This document shows positions 35,501 to 44,512 of a DNA stretch of 64,000 nt, one piece after another. The stretch is from the NCBI GenBank assembly GCA_023251835.1, contig JAHEXZ010000015.1:25568-89567 (forward strand). The letters are read 5' to 3'. The stretch comes from Bacteroidota bacterium (GTDB lineage Bacteria > Bacteroidota > Bacteroidia > 2-12-FULL-35-15). Numbering within the stretch: the first letter of the stretch is position 1; each line of letters begins with the position of its first letter. Made by a program: the position numbers and the translations under genes. The notes beneath the pieces are model-generated. The model was not told where the DNA came from. It saw only the letters and a list, made by a program, of their open reading frames with translations, and did not search any database.

Positions 35501-35967
35501 GTGGTATGGGTGTATGTTTTTCCACTATCAGATGAAGATACGTAGGTGATAGCATTATACCAGCAGTTGTTAGGATTGCCACAGGGCACATATTCATTAT
35601 GAACAAGGGCGTGAATGTTTATACCATCAGTAGTATAAGGAGCCACAATCCACTCATTGTCATTAAAATTGGCCGGATCAGTATCCTGGTGAGAGGTCAT
35701 TACCGGAGTACAATCTTTTGACAGTGAAGTAAAATTTGTGCCGGTCATCCTCCAGGTAGTATAGTGTGATGCAATAAGATTAATAGTGCCTCCGGCATCA
35801 CGGAAGGCGCGTGCCGGAGCATCCGGAATATCTATGGTGTTGCATTTGTCTGATGAATAATCAAAAACTATTTCCTGGGTTCCTGTAGTTGGAGTTCCAG
35901 GATAAGTAATTTGAGAAAAAACTGAAACGGAAGTAAAAGTGCAAATAAGCAGGGTAATTTTTTTCAT
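32545..35967 (-). CDS. Large T9SS-secreted surface protein with a CSLREA motif, parallel beta-helix repeats and Ig-like repeats
   Basis: Has a signal peptide and the CTLRAALQEAN (CSLREA-type) motif, followed by many NN..GG/I.G beta-helix-like repeats. Two Cys-containing Ig-like repeats (TFCEGDTVTLTSS, TICSGGSTTLTASG) follow. The C-terminus reads YPNPTNN...GIYYVKV...LVIE. Confidence 0.75.
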   Translation of the reverse strand: MKKITLLICTFTSVSVFSQITYPGTPTTGTQEIVFDYSSDKCNTIDIPDAPARAFRDAGGTINLIASHYTTWRMTGTNFTSLSKDCTPVMTSHQDTDPANFNDNEWIVAPYTTDGINIHALVHNEYVPCGNPNNCWYNAITYVSSSDSGKTYTHTTAPSHLVAASPYQSPYPTTHTPFGIFGGSNIIFKDGYYYKMVQLESHLLQDWGAGIIRTNDLSDPTSWGGWDGSGFNVQFVNPYTQSGYNPADIILAPVSRDNIGKMCASLTYNTYFGKYMVVDYTIGEVDGTLKYGFYYALSDDLINWSSKRLILQTASTWAAGGSNYPSIIDHADTSRNFEQAGQNCYLYYTKWNSGTYDRDLIRVPVTFNKEIVTSLVVNSTLDTDDKTPGDGICLTTGNVCTLRAALQEANARPPYDGYDTLALPITFNISGTGVKTISPSAIYPDVFFPVDINGYTQTGASANTNNFDQGLNTSITIAVDATHGGAAISFHCGNNMIRGLSFINGAIDFLYEEGYSKSSDNNTVTGCFIGMEADGTTPGGSALNINNQNNNIIGGSTNAARNLIGGGIILTKSNSNQIIGNYIGTAASGSISSGTTAHGIQIADSSAYNTIGGTLVTERNLISGGNRGVMISGAHSHDNAVTGNYIGVANDGISQLGNSNAGILLSDSTYDNAIINNVIANNSYDEAGIWIDHAYSTSIQSNYIGTDSTQTASMGNGDPSTFSAGIMLLNGSTNNTIGGINPADGNIIANNVFGIALYSNAGNGNSMLSNLFYNNTEMAIDLSADYSPDINDSGDGDTGPNGNQNYPVLTGAYSNSSSISLTGTFNSASNSTYTIQYFSNIACDGSGNGEGKQLLGTTTLTTDNSGNASINTQFSSAVPAGNYITALATDASGNTSEFSACIQAQNGLTPTITNNNALTFCEGDTVTLTSSLGDTYLWSNGATTQSVTIDSSGAYTVTVDSAGLIGTSAPAVVTVNPLPALTINGLTTICSGGSTTLTASGADTFVWTNGPSTATYTITPSTTASYLVTGTITATGCSDTLSQVVTVETCTGIEKINMPEVLVYPNPTNNSGFTIAIKNATTNKMSIYVVNILGKEILKISDNITTEYNKQINLEYLAKGIYYVKVNLGTEVITTKLVIE

Positions 35968-36109
35968 ACAATTACATTTAACAATTTATTTTTCTCAAAA
36001 CTACTGTTTTTTGTTCTGTACTGAAGCATTCCCATAAGGGAAATATATTTTTTAAAAATTATTTAAATGCTTAGTTTTGCATATACAAATATGAAACGTT
36101 TGTATTAAA

Positions 36110-36997
36110 ATGAAGACCATCCATCAATATTTACTGTACTCTTTTTTTCTTTGTATTTGCTGTTCAATTAAAGCACAAAATGTTAGGGATGATACACATT
36201 TAAATGTTTTGACATGGAACCTGTATATGCGTCCACGAGCAGTTATGCATGATGGTCAGGTAAGAAGGGCCTATGCTATTGTTGAACAACTGAAAGACAA
36301 GGATTATGATATTATTGTATTTCAGGAAGCGTTTGATAACAAAGCAAGAAATATAGTCTGGAATGGATTAAAAGAAAAATTTCCATACCAGTCAGGTGCT
36401 CCAAAACATAAATATTTTTATAAAGTTAGTACAGGTGTTTTTATTATCAGCAAGCATCCTTTGAAAGTAATTGACGATATTTATTTCTCAGAATGTGGGG
36501 GATCAGATTGTTTTGCCATAAAAGGAGCGGTGTTGGTGAGTTTGATGAAAAACGGCCATAAAGCCCAGATTATAGGAACGCACTTGCAGGCTGCGGACGG
36601 TAAAAAGAAAACGGGAGCAGAAATTCGCAAGACGCAATATGACGAAATCAAAAATAAATTAATGATTCCGTATGCCGAAGCAGGTGTTCCGCAATTTCTG
36701 GTTGGCGATTTAAATACTGAAAAAGACAATAAAGGGGTTTATGAGCAACTGCTTACGGATATGGGGGTAGAAGATGGAGAAATAACCGGAGAATGTCAAT
36801 TTTCTTCCGGAGGGGAGAATGATTTTCGTGAGGCTGGGGATCAGCCTCATTTGATCGATTATATTTTATGCAGGAAAAATGGGGCTAAGTTAAATTTTGT
36901 TCAGCGCTGTGTGAAAATATTTAAGAGCAATTGGTGCGAAAAACACAAAGACCTTTCCGATCATTATGCTGTGTCGGCAACTATTCTTCTTCAGTAA
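36110..36997 (+). CDS. Secreted endonuclease/exonuclease/phosphatase-fold enzyme, sphingomyelinase C-like
   Basis: Has a signal peptide plus LTWNLYMRP, IVFQEAFD, VGDLN and SDHYAV. The pattern resembles Bacillus SMase C. Confidence 0.6.
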   Translation: MKTIHQYLLYSFFLCICCSIKAQNVRDDTHLNVLTWNLYMRPRAVMHDGQVRRAYAIVEQLKDKDYDIIVFQEAFDNKARNIVWNGLKEKFPYQSGAPKHKYFYKVSTGVFIISKHPLKVIDDIYFSECGGSDCFAIKGAVLVSLMKNGHKAQIIGTHLQAADGKKKTGAEIRKTQYDEIKNKLMIPYAEAGVPQFLVGDLNTEKDNKGVYEQLLTDMGVEDGEITGECQFSSGGENDFREAGDQPHLIDYILCRKNGAKLNFVQRCVKIFKSNWCEKHKDLSDHYAVSATILLQ

Positions 36998-37018
36998 TCT
37001 GGTTTTGACGGAGTGTAA

Positions 37019-38284
37019 TTATAACTCTTCAATAGCGAACCCAACGCTTTTTAAATCTTCCCAAAAATCAGGGTAGGATTTTTTTACAACTTCAGGCTGG
37101 TCAATAACAATGCTGTCAAATTGCATTGCAAGAGCTGAAAAGGCCATTGCCATACGATGATCATTGTACGTGTTGATAATTAGATTTGGGGTATTGAGAT
37201 CGGTTGATGCCGGCTTGGGAAATAGTTCTATGGAATTATCATTGATTATTTTTATTTCCGCACCAAGTTTATTTAATTCATTTTTTAACGCTGTAATACG
37301 GTCTGTTTCTTTGATTCGTAAAGTATGTACACCATTAAAAAGAGCAGATGTGCCAAGGGCATTAGCTACTACTGCTATTGTTTGCACTAAGTCGGGGCAG
37401 TCAGAAAAATCGTAGCCAAAGTGTTCTGTTTTGCTTTTTATTTTGGTTAAATGAATACCTCCTGTGACGTACTCTGTTTTTATACCGAAAAAAGTAAAAA
37501 TATCTGCTACAATAGCGTCTCCCTGTAAACTGGGATGTTTTAATCCTTTAATTGTAAAATCAGCATCTTTTGATAGTGCTGCTATTGCATACCAATAGGA
37601 TGCGGAACTCCAATCAGATTCTACTTCGAACGAATAATAAGGGTCATTTTTTTTATGATATTTCTGTTGACTAACTGAGATATATTGGTCGTGCCATTGT
37701 CCGTAAACTCTGAATTCTTCCATCATTTTCAATGTCATATTCACGTACGGTTGTGATGTTACATCTCCTCTGAATTTAATTACGAGGCCATTGGGTAGTT
37801 CTGATGAAATTAGCAGTACAGCAGAAATAAACTGGCTGCTTACATTACCATCCATTTCCACTCCTGTTCCGGTTAATATTTTTCCGATAATTTTTACAGG
37901 CGGGAATCCTTCTTTTTCTATGTATTCTATCTGTGCTCCTAAGTCACGAAGTGCTTTGACCAGAATTCCAACAGGCCGTTCTTTCATTCGTTCTGAGCCT
38001 ATTAGAATATGAGTTCCTGGCTTTGTTGCAAAAAATGCTGTCAGAAAGCGCATAGCAGTTCCCGAATCTTCAACATTATAAACACCTTCTGTTTTCGAAA
38101 CTCTTGCTCTGTTTAATATTTGCTGTAATATTTTAGTGTCATTCGCTGTTGCTAAATTATTTATTGTGAATCCTTCATTGCATAATGCCTGAATAATAAG
38201 TGCACGATTGCTTTCACTTTTGGAAGCTGTAAGTGTTATAGTACCATGTAGTTTTTTCGTAGGGTGTGAAATGCGGTACTTCAT
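37019..38284 (-). CDS. aroA: 3-phosphoshikimate 1-carboxyvinyltransferase (EPSP synthase)
   Basis: Contains LTASKSESNRALI, DSGTAMRFL, NDHRMAMA and KSYPDFW. Confidence 0.9.
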   Translation of the reverse strand: MKYRISHPTKKLHGTITLTASKSESNRALIIQALCNEGFTINNLATANDTKILQQILNRARVSKTEGVYNVEDSGTAMRFLTAFFATKPGTHILIGSERMKERPVGILVKALRDLGAQIEYIEKEGFPPVKIIGKILTGTGVEMDGNVSSQFISAVLLISSELPNGLVIKFRGDVTSQPYVNMTLKMMEEFRVYGQWHDQYISVSQQKYHKKNDPYYSFEVESDWSSASYWYAIAALSKDADFTIKGLKHPSLQGDAIVADIFTFFGIKTEYVTGGIHLTKIKSKTEHFGYDFSDCPDLVQTIAVVANALGTSALFNGVHTLRIKETDRITALKNELNKLGAEIKIINDNSIELFPKPASTDLNTPNLIINTYNDHRMAMAFSALAMQFDSIVIDQPEVVKKSYPDFWEDLKSVGFAIEEL

Positions 38285-38425
38285 AAATTGGAATTTTTTT
38301 CAATGCTACATTGAATTATAAAATCAAAATTACAAAGTATAAGCAGTAAAGACAAAAATCATTTTGATTTATGGTGTTGCATTAAAGCCGGGAAAATTAA
38401 TACCTTCGCAATTGTTATATAAAAA

Positions 38426-39382
38426 ATGAAAATGGAAAATAATAGAATCACACAACTGTTTAACATACAGACCCCAATTATACAAGCCGGAATGATTTGG
38501 TGCAGTGGTTGGGAACTGGCTTCAGCCGTTAGTAATGCTGGTGGACTTGGATTGATAGGCGCAGGAAGTATGTACCCGCATATATTACAGGAGCACATCA
38601 GAAAATGCAAAAAAGTAACTGATAAACCTTTTGGTATAAATGTTCCTATGCTTTATCCGGATATAGATAAACATATGGAAATCATTATTTCAGAGGGAGT
38701 AAAAGTAGTAGTTACATCGGCAGGAAATCCTAAGGTATGGACTCAAAAGCTTAAGGACAATGGAATAAAAGTAATACATGTAATCTCTAATGCTAAATTC
38801 GCAAAGAAGGCTGAAGATGCTGGTGTTGATGCAATTGTTGCAGAAGGCTTTGAAGCAGGCGGACATAACGGACGGGAAGAAACAACTACATTTTGCCTTG
38901 TTCCATTGGTGAAAAAAGCTGTTACTATTCCTGTTATTGCTGCCGGTGGAATTGGAACAGGACGTACTATGCTTGCTGCAATGGCCTTAGGTGCTGATGG
39001 AGTTCAGATAGGAAGCCGTTTTGTTGCATCTGATGAATCTTCTGCAGATATCAATTTTAAAAATAAAGTAATTACATCTAACGAGGGAGATACAAAGCTG
39101 ATGCTAAAACAGTTGACCCCTGTACGTTTGTTAAAGAATAAATTTTCTGAAACTGTTCAAAATGCCGAAAATAACTGTGCCTCAGTGGAAGAATTAACTG
39201 CTTTGCTTGGCCGTGCACGTGCTAAAAAAGGAATGTTTGAAGGCGATATGGATGAAGGAGAATTAGAAATAGGACAAATAGCTGCTTTAATCCGTGAAAT
39301 AAAACCTGCCAAAGCAATTCTTGATGAAATTATCGCGGAATATGAACAGGCAAAGCAAGAGTTAGCCTGTAAGCGGTGGTAA
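38426..39382 (+). CDS. NAD(P)H-dependent flavin oxidoreductase (nitronate monooxygenase / FabK-like)
   Basis: Contains PIIQAGMIW...LASAVSNAGGLGLIGAG, EGFEAGGH, AAGGIGTG and GADGVQIGSRF. Confidence 0.75.
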   Translation: MKMENNRITQLFNIQTPIIQAGMIWCSGWELASAVSNAGGLGLIGAGSMYPHILQEHIRKCKKVTDKPFGINVPMLYPDIDKHMEIIISEGVKVVVTSAGNPKVWTQKLKDNGIKVIHVISNAKFAKKAEDAGVDAIVAEGFEAGGHNGREETTTFCLVPLVKKAVTIPVIAAGGIGTGRTMLAAMALGADGVQIGSRFVASDESSADINFKNKVITSNEGDTKLMLKQLTPVRLLKNKFSETVQNAENNCASVEELTALLGRARAKKGMFEGDMDEGELEIGQIAALIREIKPAKAILDEIIAEYEQAKQELACKRW

Positions 39383-39399
39383 ATTTATAACTGGTATAG

Positions 39400-40404
39400 C
39401 TATTCCAGGCATAAACATATTTTTTCTACTGCTGCTGCATCTCCCACACTAATCCGCAATGACTTATCCTGACCAAAAACTTTCAGGTTACAAACTATCA
39501 ATCCGTTAGTTGTAAATTTACTAAATAGTTCTTCTTTTTTATTTTCCGAATCAAAAAATACATACAAAAAATTTCCCTGTGGTGAAATTACATTTAACCC
39601 TGCCTGTTTTAATTTCTCATATAAAATATTTCGGTATTTAGTATTTTTCTTTATACATGATGAAATAAATCTTTTGTCTTTCAGTGATGCAAGTGCTGCA
39701 TCTTCTGAAAGCGAATTGAAGAAAAACGGAATACGGTTTTGTTTTAAGACGTTTGCCATATCTCCTCTCATTATTCCATAACCGATTCTTAAGCCGGCTA
39801 ATCCATATATTTTGGAAAATGTGCGAAGGATAATCAGGTTGGGATATTTTTTCTGAAGAGAAAATGAATCAGGAAAGGATTTATCAGTTACGTATTCACA
39901 ATAGGCTTCATCAATAACAACAATTATTTTCTCAGATATATTTTTCAATAATTGTTCAAGCTGTGAATGGGTAATGATTGTTCCTGTGGGATTATTGGGA
40001 TTGGCAATGAAAATAACTTTGGTTTTTTTAGTGATGAGTTGGAAAATATTTTCTACATCACAAATAAAATCTGTTTGTTTGGCAAAACTATATTTTCTCC
40101 GGTGAGCAGCAGCGAGTTGTTCGTAAGCAACAAAACTCCGCTCAAAAAGTATAATTTCTTCATCAGGCTCAACAAATGTCTGGATAATTCCATCAATTAA
40201 CCTCACTGAGCCTGCACCTACAACAATATCTGTTGCATCAACGTTAAATTTTTCTGCAAGCTTTTCTTCCAGGCGGACAGGCAGTGAAGGATACAGATGT
40301 ACATTTATTAAGCCTTTTTTAATTGTTTTCTGAACTTCTGGAGAACAGCCATGGCTATTTTCATTTGCGTTCAGACGTATTATTGGTTGTTTTTTATTCT
40401 TCAT
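39400..40404 (-). CDS. Class II PLP aminotransferase (HisC/aromatic aminotransferase-like)
   Basis: Contains LNANENSHG, ANPNNPTG, DEAYCEY and TFSKIYGLAGLRIGY (PLP Lys). I prefer the ATG at 40404 (MKNKKQPIIRLNANEN). The longer track ORF overlaps the upstream gene. Confidence 0.8.
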   Translation of the reverse strand: MKNKKQPIIRLNANENSHGCSPEVQKTIKKGLINVHLYPSLPVRLEEKLAEKFNVDATDIVVGAGSVRLIDGIIQTFVEPDEEIILFERSFVAYEQLAAAHRRKYSFAKQTDFICDVENIFQLITKKTKVIFIANPNNPTGTIITHSQLEQLLKNISEKIIVVIDEAYCEYVTDKSFPDSFSLQKKYPNLIILRTFSKIYGLAGLRIGYGIMRGDMANVLKQNRIPFFFNSLSEDAALASLKDKRFISSCIKKNTKYRNILYEKLKQAGLNVISPQGNFLYVFFDSENKKEELFSKFTTNGLIVCNLKVFGQDKSLRISVGDAAAVEKICLCLE

Positions 40405-41284
40405 TTGATAAAATATCTTCAAAAATTCCTTTGCTGATGTTATATAAAACTTCTTTCCTATACCAGGCAGTAGCACGTATATCTGAAATGGGAGAGGCAT
40501 AACCCACTACTTTCTCTGCAAACTCTTTCTTTTCATTTTCAGAAATTTCAAAAATGTTTTTTCCTGCGAGAAATTTGCAGGCGGAATCGGTGGAACGAAT
40601 AGTAGGTGCTGATGAGCCAATTGCTATTCCTGCATGAATAATTTTTCCTTTAATATCAGTTTGAATATGGTATGCCAGCGACACAACAGAACACTCCATT
40701 GATTTACGTGTGCCTATTTTAATGAATCTGGAAAAAATTCTTTTTTTATTTTTTTCATTTCCGCGAATAGAGATGCTGTAAAGCAATTCGCCTCGTTTAA
40801 GAGCTGTAGCTCTTACTCCTGTGTGGAAATCATGAATCGGAATTCTTCTTCTCCTTCCATTTTCATTAATAATCTCACAGTTCGCACCCAATGTCATTAA
40901 CGCACAGGCAATATCTCCGGAAGGTGAAGCTGTACAAAGATTTCCTCCCACAGTAGCTACCTGCCTTATCTGGGTTGATGCAAGATTTAGTGCTGCCTCA
41001 TGTAAAACAGGAAAATTTCTTTTTATTTCTTCGTTCATAACAATATTGTGTGCAGTAACTCTTGAGCCTATTGTTAAACCCTTGGATGTTTTCTTTATCC
41101 CTGTAAATACAGCATCTTTTACCTGTGTAATATTTATCACAGTCAAATTTTCCTCTGGCTTTTTTCTTAGCTCTAATAATAGGTCGGTGCAGCCGGCTCC
41201 AAAACGAAATTTTTTTCTTTTCAAATTTTTTACGACCGAAAGAAGTTCTTTAGTCGTTGTCGGGTTTATGATTTCAAAACTCAT
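40394..41284 (-). CDS. FAD-binding (CoxM/XdhB-type) subunit of the second XDH-family enzyme
   Basis: Contains FGAGCTDL and ATVGGNLCTASPSGD. It has no Cys-rich insertion. Confidence 0.85.
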   Translation of the reverse strand: MSFEIINPTTTKELLSVVKNLKRKKFRFGAGCTDLLLELRKKPEENLTVINITQVKDAVFTGIKKTSKGLTIGSRVTAHNIVMNEEIKRNFPVLHEAALNLASTQIRQVATVGGNLCTASPSGDIACALMTLGANCEIINENGRRRRIPIHDFHTGVRATALKRGELLYSISIRGNEKNKKRIFSRFIKIGTRKSMECSVVSLAYHIQTDIKGKIIHAGIAIGSSAPTIRSTDSACKFLAGKNIFEISENEKKEFAEKVVGYASPISDIRATAWYRKEVLYNISKGIFEDILSNEE

Positions 41285-41294
41285 TTTATTTCAA

Positions 41295-43604
41295 TTAAAT
41301 ATTTTTATGAATTGCTTTCAATACTTTTTCAGGAGTAATTGGCAGCTCAATAATGTCAATATCAAGTGCATTACACACTGCATTTGCAATTGCAGCGGCA
41401 GTGGGAATCAATGGTGCTTCACCAACACCTTTAGCTCCGTAAGGGCCTTGCTTGTCGTTTGTTTCTATCGGAAAAAAATCTATTTCCGGAATATCCGAAG
41501 CAGTAAGCATTTTGTAGTTATGAAAATTCGGATTCAGAATTTTTCCATCTTTCATCAGTAGCTCTTCTGAAAGCGCATAACCCATTCCCTGCAAAATTCC
41601 TCCGTGAATTTGACCATCGAGTAAAAGCGGATTCAGCACTTTTCCCACATCCTGTGCCACCCACACATTTTTTACACTCACATTGCCAGTATAAGTGTCT
41701 ACTTCCACTTCTATTGCCTGCGAAGCAAAAGCATAGGTTCCCGAAACATTCCCTTTGTATTCCTTATTCTGGACCTGGCTGGATGGCTCATAAAAATAAG
41801 AAGCTATTGCCAGTTCGTTCGGATGGGAGAAATGCATTTCACGAACTACTTTGTCGAGGGCAATGCTGTTACCGGATATGCTGGATTTGATGAATCCATT
41901 TTCGTATTCAAATTCTTCATCACTGGTTTTGAGAAGTTCGTTTGCTTTTTTATTTAATTTCTCTTTCAGAATTTTTATTGCACCAAGCAATGAATTTCCG
42001 GCCACAAAGCTGGTACGTGAGGCATGCACTCCCACATCCCAGGGCTTTATATCGGTGTCGGTATTAATAACTTTAATTTTTTTCAAATCAATTCCAAGTT
42101 CTTCCGAAGCAATCATAGCAAGCACAGTTTCTGAACCCTGGCCAATTTCATTGGAACCGGTAATAATCGTACAATATCCGTACGGGTCAATTTTTAGTGT
42201 GGTTCCACAACCGTCAGAACGGTATATTTTTGCACCACCACCTACATGCAACATTGAAGCATAACCGATTCCGCTTACAAACCTCTTTTGAGTGCTTTTT
42301 TTTGATGAGTGTTTGCTCACTTCACTTTTTTGAGTTTTTAATTTTGATTTAGTTATTACTGTTTCCAAACACTCTTTGTGTCCGCAGGTTTCGTAGTGTA
42401 AACCTTGTCCGGTAGTTTCTCCTTTTTCATTTGCGTTCAGCAGACGGATTTCAGCTTTGTCCATACCAATTTCTTCGGCAAGTAAATCAATCATACGCTC
42501 CAAAGCAAAAGTAGCCTGTGGATTTCCGTATCCTCTGAATGAACCCGCAAAAACATTGTTGGTATAAACGGCCGTTGCGTCAAACATGCAGGCACCAACT
42601 TTATATAGCGATGAAAATGCCTGCATAATTACAAACGGAGTAGTTGCACCCCATGAAGTATAAGCTCCATTGTCTTTCACAATATTTATTTCCCGGAAAG
42701 TAAAATTTCCTTTTTTGTCAACTCCCGCAGTTAAATCAATTATCATTGGTTGGCGTGTGGGGGATGCAATAAATTCTTCCTCGCGTGAATAAATTATCTG
42801 AACCGGTCTGCCGGTTTTCATTGAGAGCAACGCACAAATTGGTTCAAATGGATACATATCTAATTTGCTTCCAAACCCCCCTCCAATCACAGGTTGAATG
42901 ATTCTGATGTCGGAAGGATTCATTTTGAGCGCGTGTGCCATGTCGCGCTGATACAAAAACGGAACCTGTGTTGAACTGTAGAGTAAAAGTTTACCATCTG
43001 TTTTATTATAGGATGCGGTGATATTGCTTGTACCCATACAAGCATGTGTCATTCGCGGAAGCGTGAATCTTCTTTTTACAATAGCTGCACTTTTCTTTTT
43101 TTCTTCTTCAAGATTACCGTGTTCATAATGAAATGTTTCCGCAATGTTTTTATTTTGAAATTTTCCTGAAATAAATTTATTAATCTGCGGAGCATCTTCT
43201 TTCAATGCTTCAAACGGCCCATATATTCCTTTTCGGATTTTATATTTTACCTTGATTAGCTTTAGCGCCTGCTGTGCTATTTCTTTTGTTTCGGCTGCTA
43301 TAGCGGCAATTTCATCACGTATACAGTTCACCTCACCTTTTTTCAAAATGGGATGATCGCGCTTATAGCTGATATTATTGGTATCTATATCATCTGCGGT
43401 GATTATGCAAACAACCCCTGGGATTTTTTTGGCTGCGGAAATATCAATAGTAAATTCTGCCGAAGGATGTTCTGTTCGAAGAATTGCACCGTACAACATA
43501 CCCGGCAAAACAATATCGTGACCGTACACGGCCTTTCCTGTAACACGGATGTGTGCATCGTGTTTTGGAGTGGGTTTGCCAATTATTTTCAATTCTTTAA
43601 ACAT
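41295..43604 (-). CDS. Molybdopterin-binding large subunit of the second XDH-family enzyme
   Basis: 769 aa. Contains VIGGGFGSK and GAKGVGEAPLIPTAAAIANAV. Confidence 0.88.
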   Translation of the reverse strand: MFKELKIIGKPTPKHDAHIRVTGKAVYGHDIVLPGMLYGAILRTEHPSAEFTIDISAAKKIPGVVCIITADDIDTNNISYKRDHPILKKGEVNCIRDEIAAIAAETKEIAQQALKLIKVKYKIRKGIYGPFEALKEDAPQINKFISGKFQNKNIAETFHYEHGNLEEEKKKSAAIVKRRFTLPRMTHACMGTSNITASYNKTDGKLLLYSSTQVPFLYQRDMAHALKMNPSDIRIIQPVIGGGFGSKLDMYPFEPICALLSMKTGRPVQIIYSREEEFIASPTRQPMIIDLTAGVDKKGNFTFREINIVKDNGAYTSWGATTPFVIMQAFSSLYKVGACMFDATAVYTNNVFAGSFRGYGNPQATFALERMIDLLAEEIGMDKAEIRLLNANEKGETTGQGLHYETCGHKECLETVITKSKLKTQKSEVSKHSSKKSTQKRFVSGIGYASMLHVGGGAKIYRSDGCGTTLKIDPYGYCTIITGSNEIGQGSETVLAMIASEELGIDLKKIKVINTDTDIKPWDVGVHASRTSFVAGNSLLGAIKILKEKLNKKANELLKTSDEEFEYENGFIKSSISGNSIALDKVVREMHFSHPNELAIASYFYEPSSQVQNKEYKGNVSGTYAFASQAIEVEVDTYTGNVSVKNVWVAQDVGKVLNPLLLDGQIHGGILQGMGYALSEELLMKDGKILNPNFHNYKMLTASDIPEIDFFPIETNDKQGPYGAKGVGEAPLIPTAAAIANAVCNALDIDIIELPITPEKVLKAIHKNI

Positions 43605-43616
43605 AAATTACAGTTA

Positions 43617-44306
43617 TTAATTTAACATCATATAATATTTCGCCTTTCCAAACTCCTTTCGTTCTCTATCATAAAGAGTAATATCAATTGCGCTATACTT
43701 ATCTTTGGGTTGTTTAAACTCTGTTTGAATAAAATATCCTGTCATACTTTGTTTTCCCGCGTATTCATTTACCTTTTGTATTGAATAAATTTTTAATCGT
43801 TGACCATCTATAGAAACATTTATCTCAACACTATCAATATTTGGAGCTATAGAACGAGTAGTCTCATTTTGTTTCCTGTTATCAAGAAATCTTGTTATAC
43901 TCATGGGCCTCATATAGATTGTATATGCAGGAAAAGCTCCTTGAATCTTAAACACATTAACACCATATATTTCTATCTTTTCAATTTGTATATCTATTGT
44001 CAAGTCTTTATGAGCTGGCACATTCCATGTCCAAAATTCAAGATTACTTTTTGCATAATCACTTTTCTTAACAGCACATAAGGCAAAATAATTATTCTTT
44101 TTTGTCTTAAAAGAGTACAATCCACCCTTAGCAGACATTGCTGAATCAACCGTAATAAAATTGGAATCTTTTAACTCAATGGAAACACTATCCATAGGTA
44201 AATTTTCAAAATCAGTGATTTTACCTGAAATCGTTACATAATCCTGATTTTTACATGGTGAAATCAATAAGACGACTCCTGGAATTATAAAGAGTAAGGG
44301 TCTCAT
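43617..44306 (-). CDS. Lipoprotein with CarboxypepD_reg-like beta-sandwich N-domain
   Basis: Has the lipobox LLISPC. ISGKITDFENLPMDSVSIEL...GGLYSF follows. Confidence 0.5.
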   Translation of the reverse strand: MRPLLFIIPGVVLLISPCKNQDYVTISGKITDFENLPMDSVSIELKDSNFITVDSAMSAKGGLYSFKTKKNNYFALCAVKKSDYAKSNLEFWTWNVPAHKDLTIDIQIEKIEIYGVNVFKIQGAFPAYTIYMRPMSITRFLDNRKQNETTRSIAPNIDSVEINVSIDGQRLKIYSIQKVNEYAGKQSMTGYFIQTEFKQPKDKYSAIDITLYDRERKEFGKAKYYMMLN

Positions 44307-44317
44307 AATTTTTTGTA

Positions 44318-44512
44318 TTAGCAGTTATTAATTTTTTGGTTTATACAAATATCTCTATTATTGTATCTGCAAAAACGTGATGTACAGGGCTTCTGTTCCA
44401 CGGTTTCATCGGAAGTAAATTTTTCAGCATGAAGTTTTTGAAACGAAAAAAATACTGTTCCGACAATTGCTGCTGAACATATTTTCAGAAATTCTCTTCG
44501 TGTTCTGTCCAT
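44318..44512 (-). CDS. 64-aa Tat-signal mini-protein with C-terminal 4-Cys segment
   Basis: MDRTRREFLKICSAAIVG gives a perfect T-R-R-x-F-L-K Tat motif. Its ATG directly abuts the stop of the upstream FAD oxidoreductase gene. Confidence 0.6.
   Translation of the reverse strand: MDRTRREFLKICSAAIVGTVFFSFQKLHAEKFTSDETVEQKPCTSRFCRYNNRDICINQKINNC

Noticed and set aside
40405-40500. A 32-codon N-terminal extension of the aminotransferase ORF, and likewise 22 extra codons on the B12-binding subunit (56153..56218).
   Set aside because: The aminotransferase extension overlaps the 3' end of the preceding gene. Both extensions precede internal ATGs that give canonical family N-termini (MKNKKQPIIRLNANEN and MKILLAKPGLDGHD).
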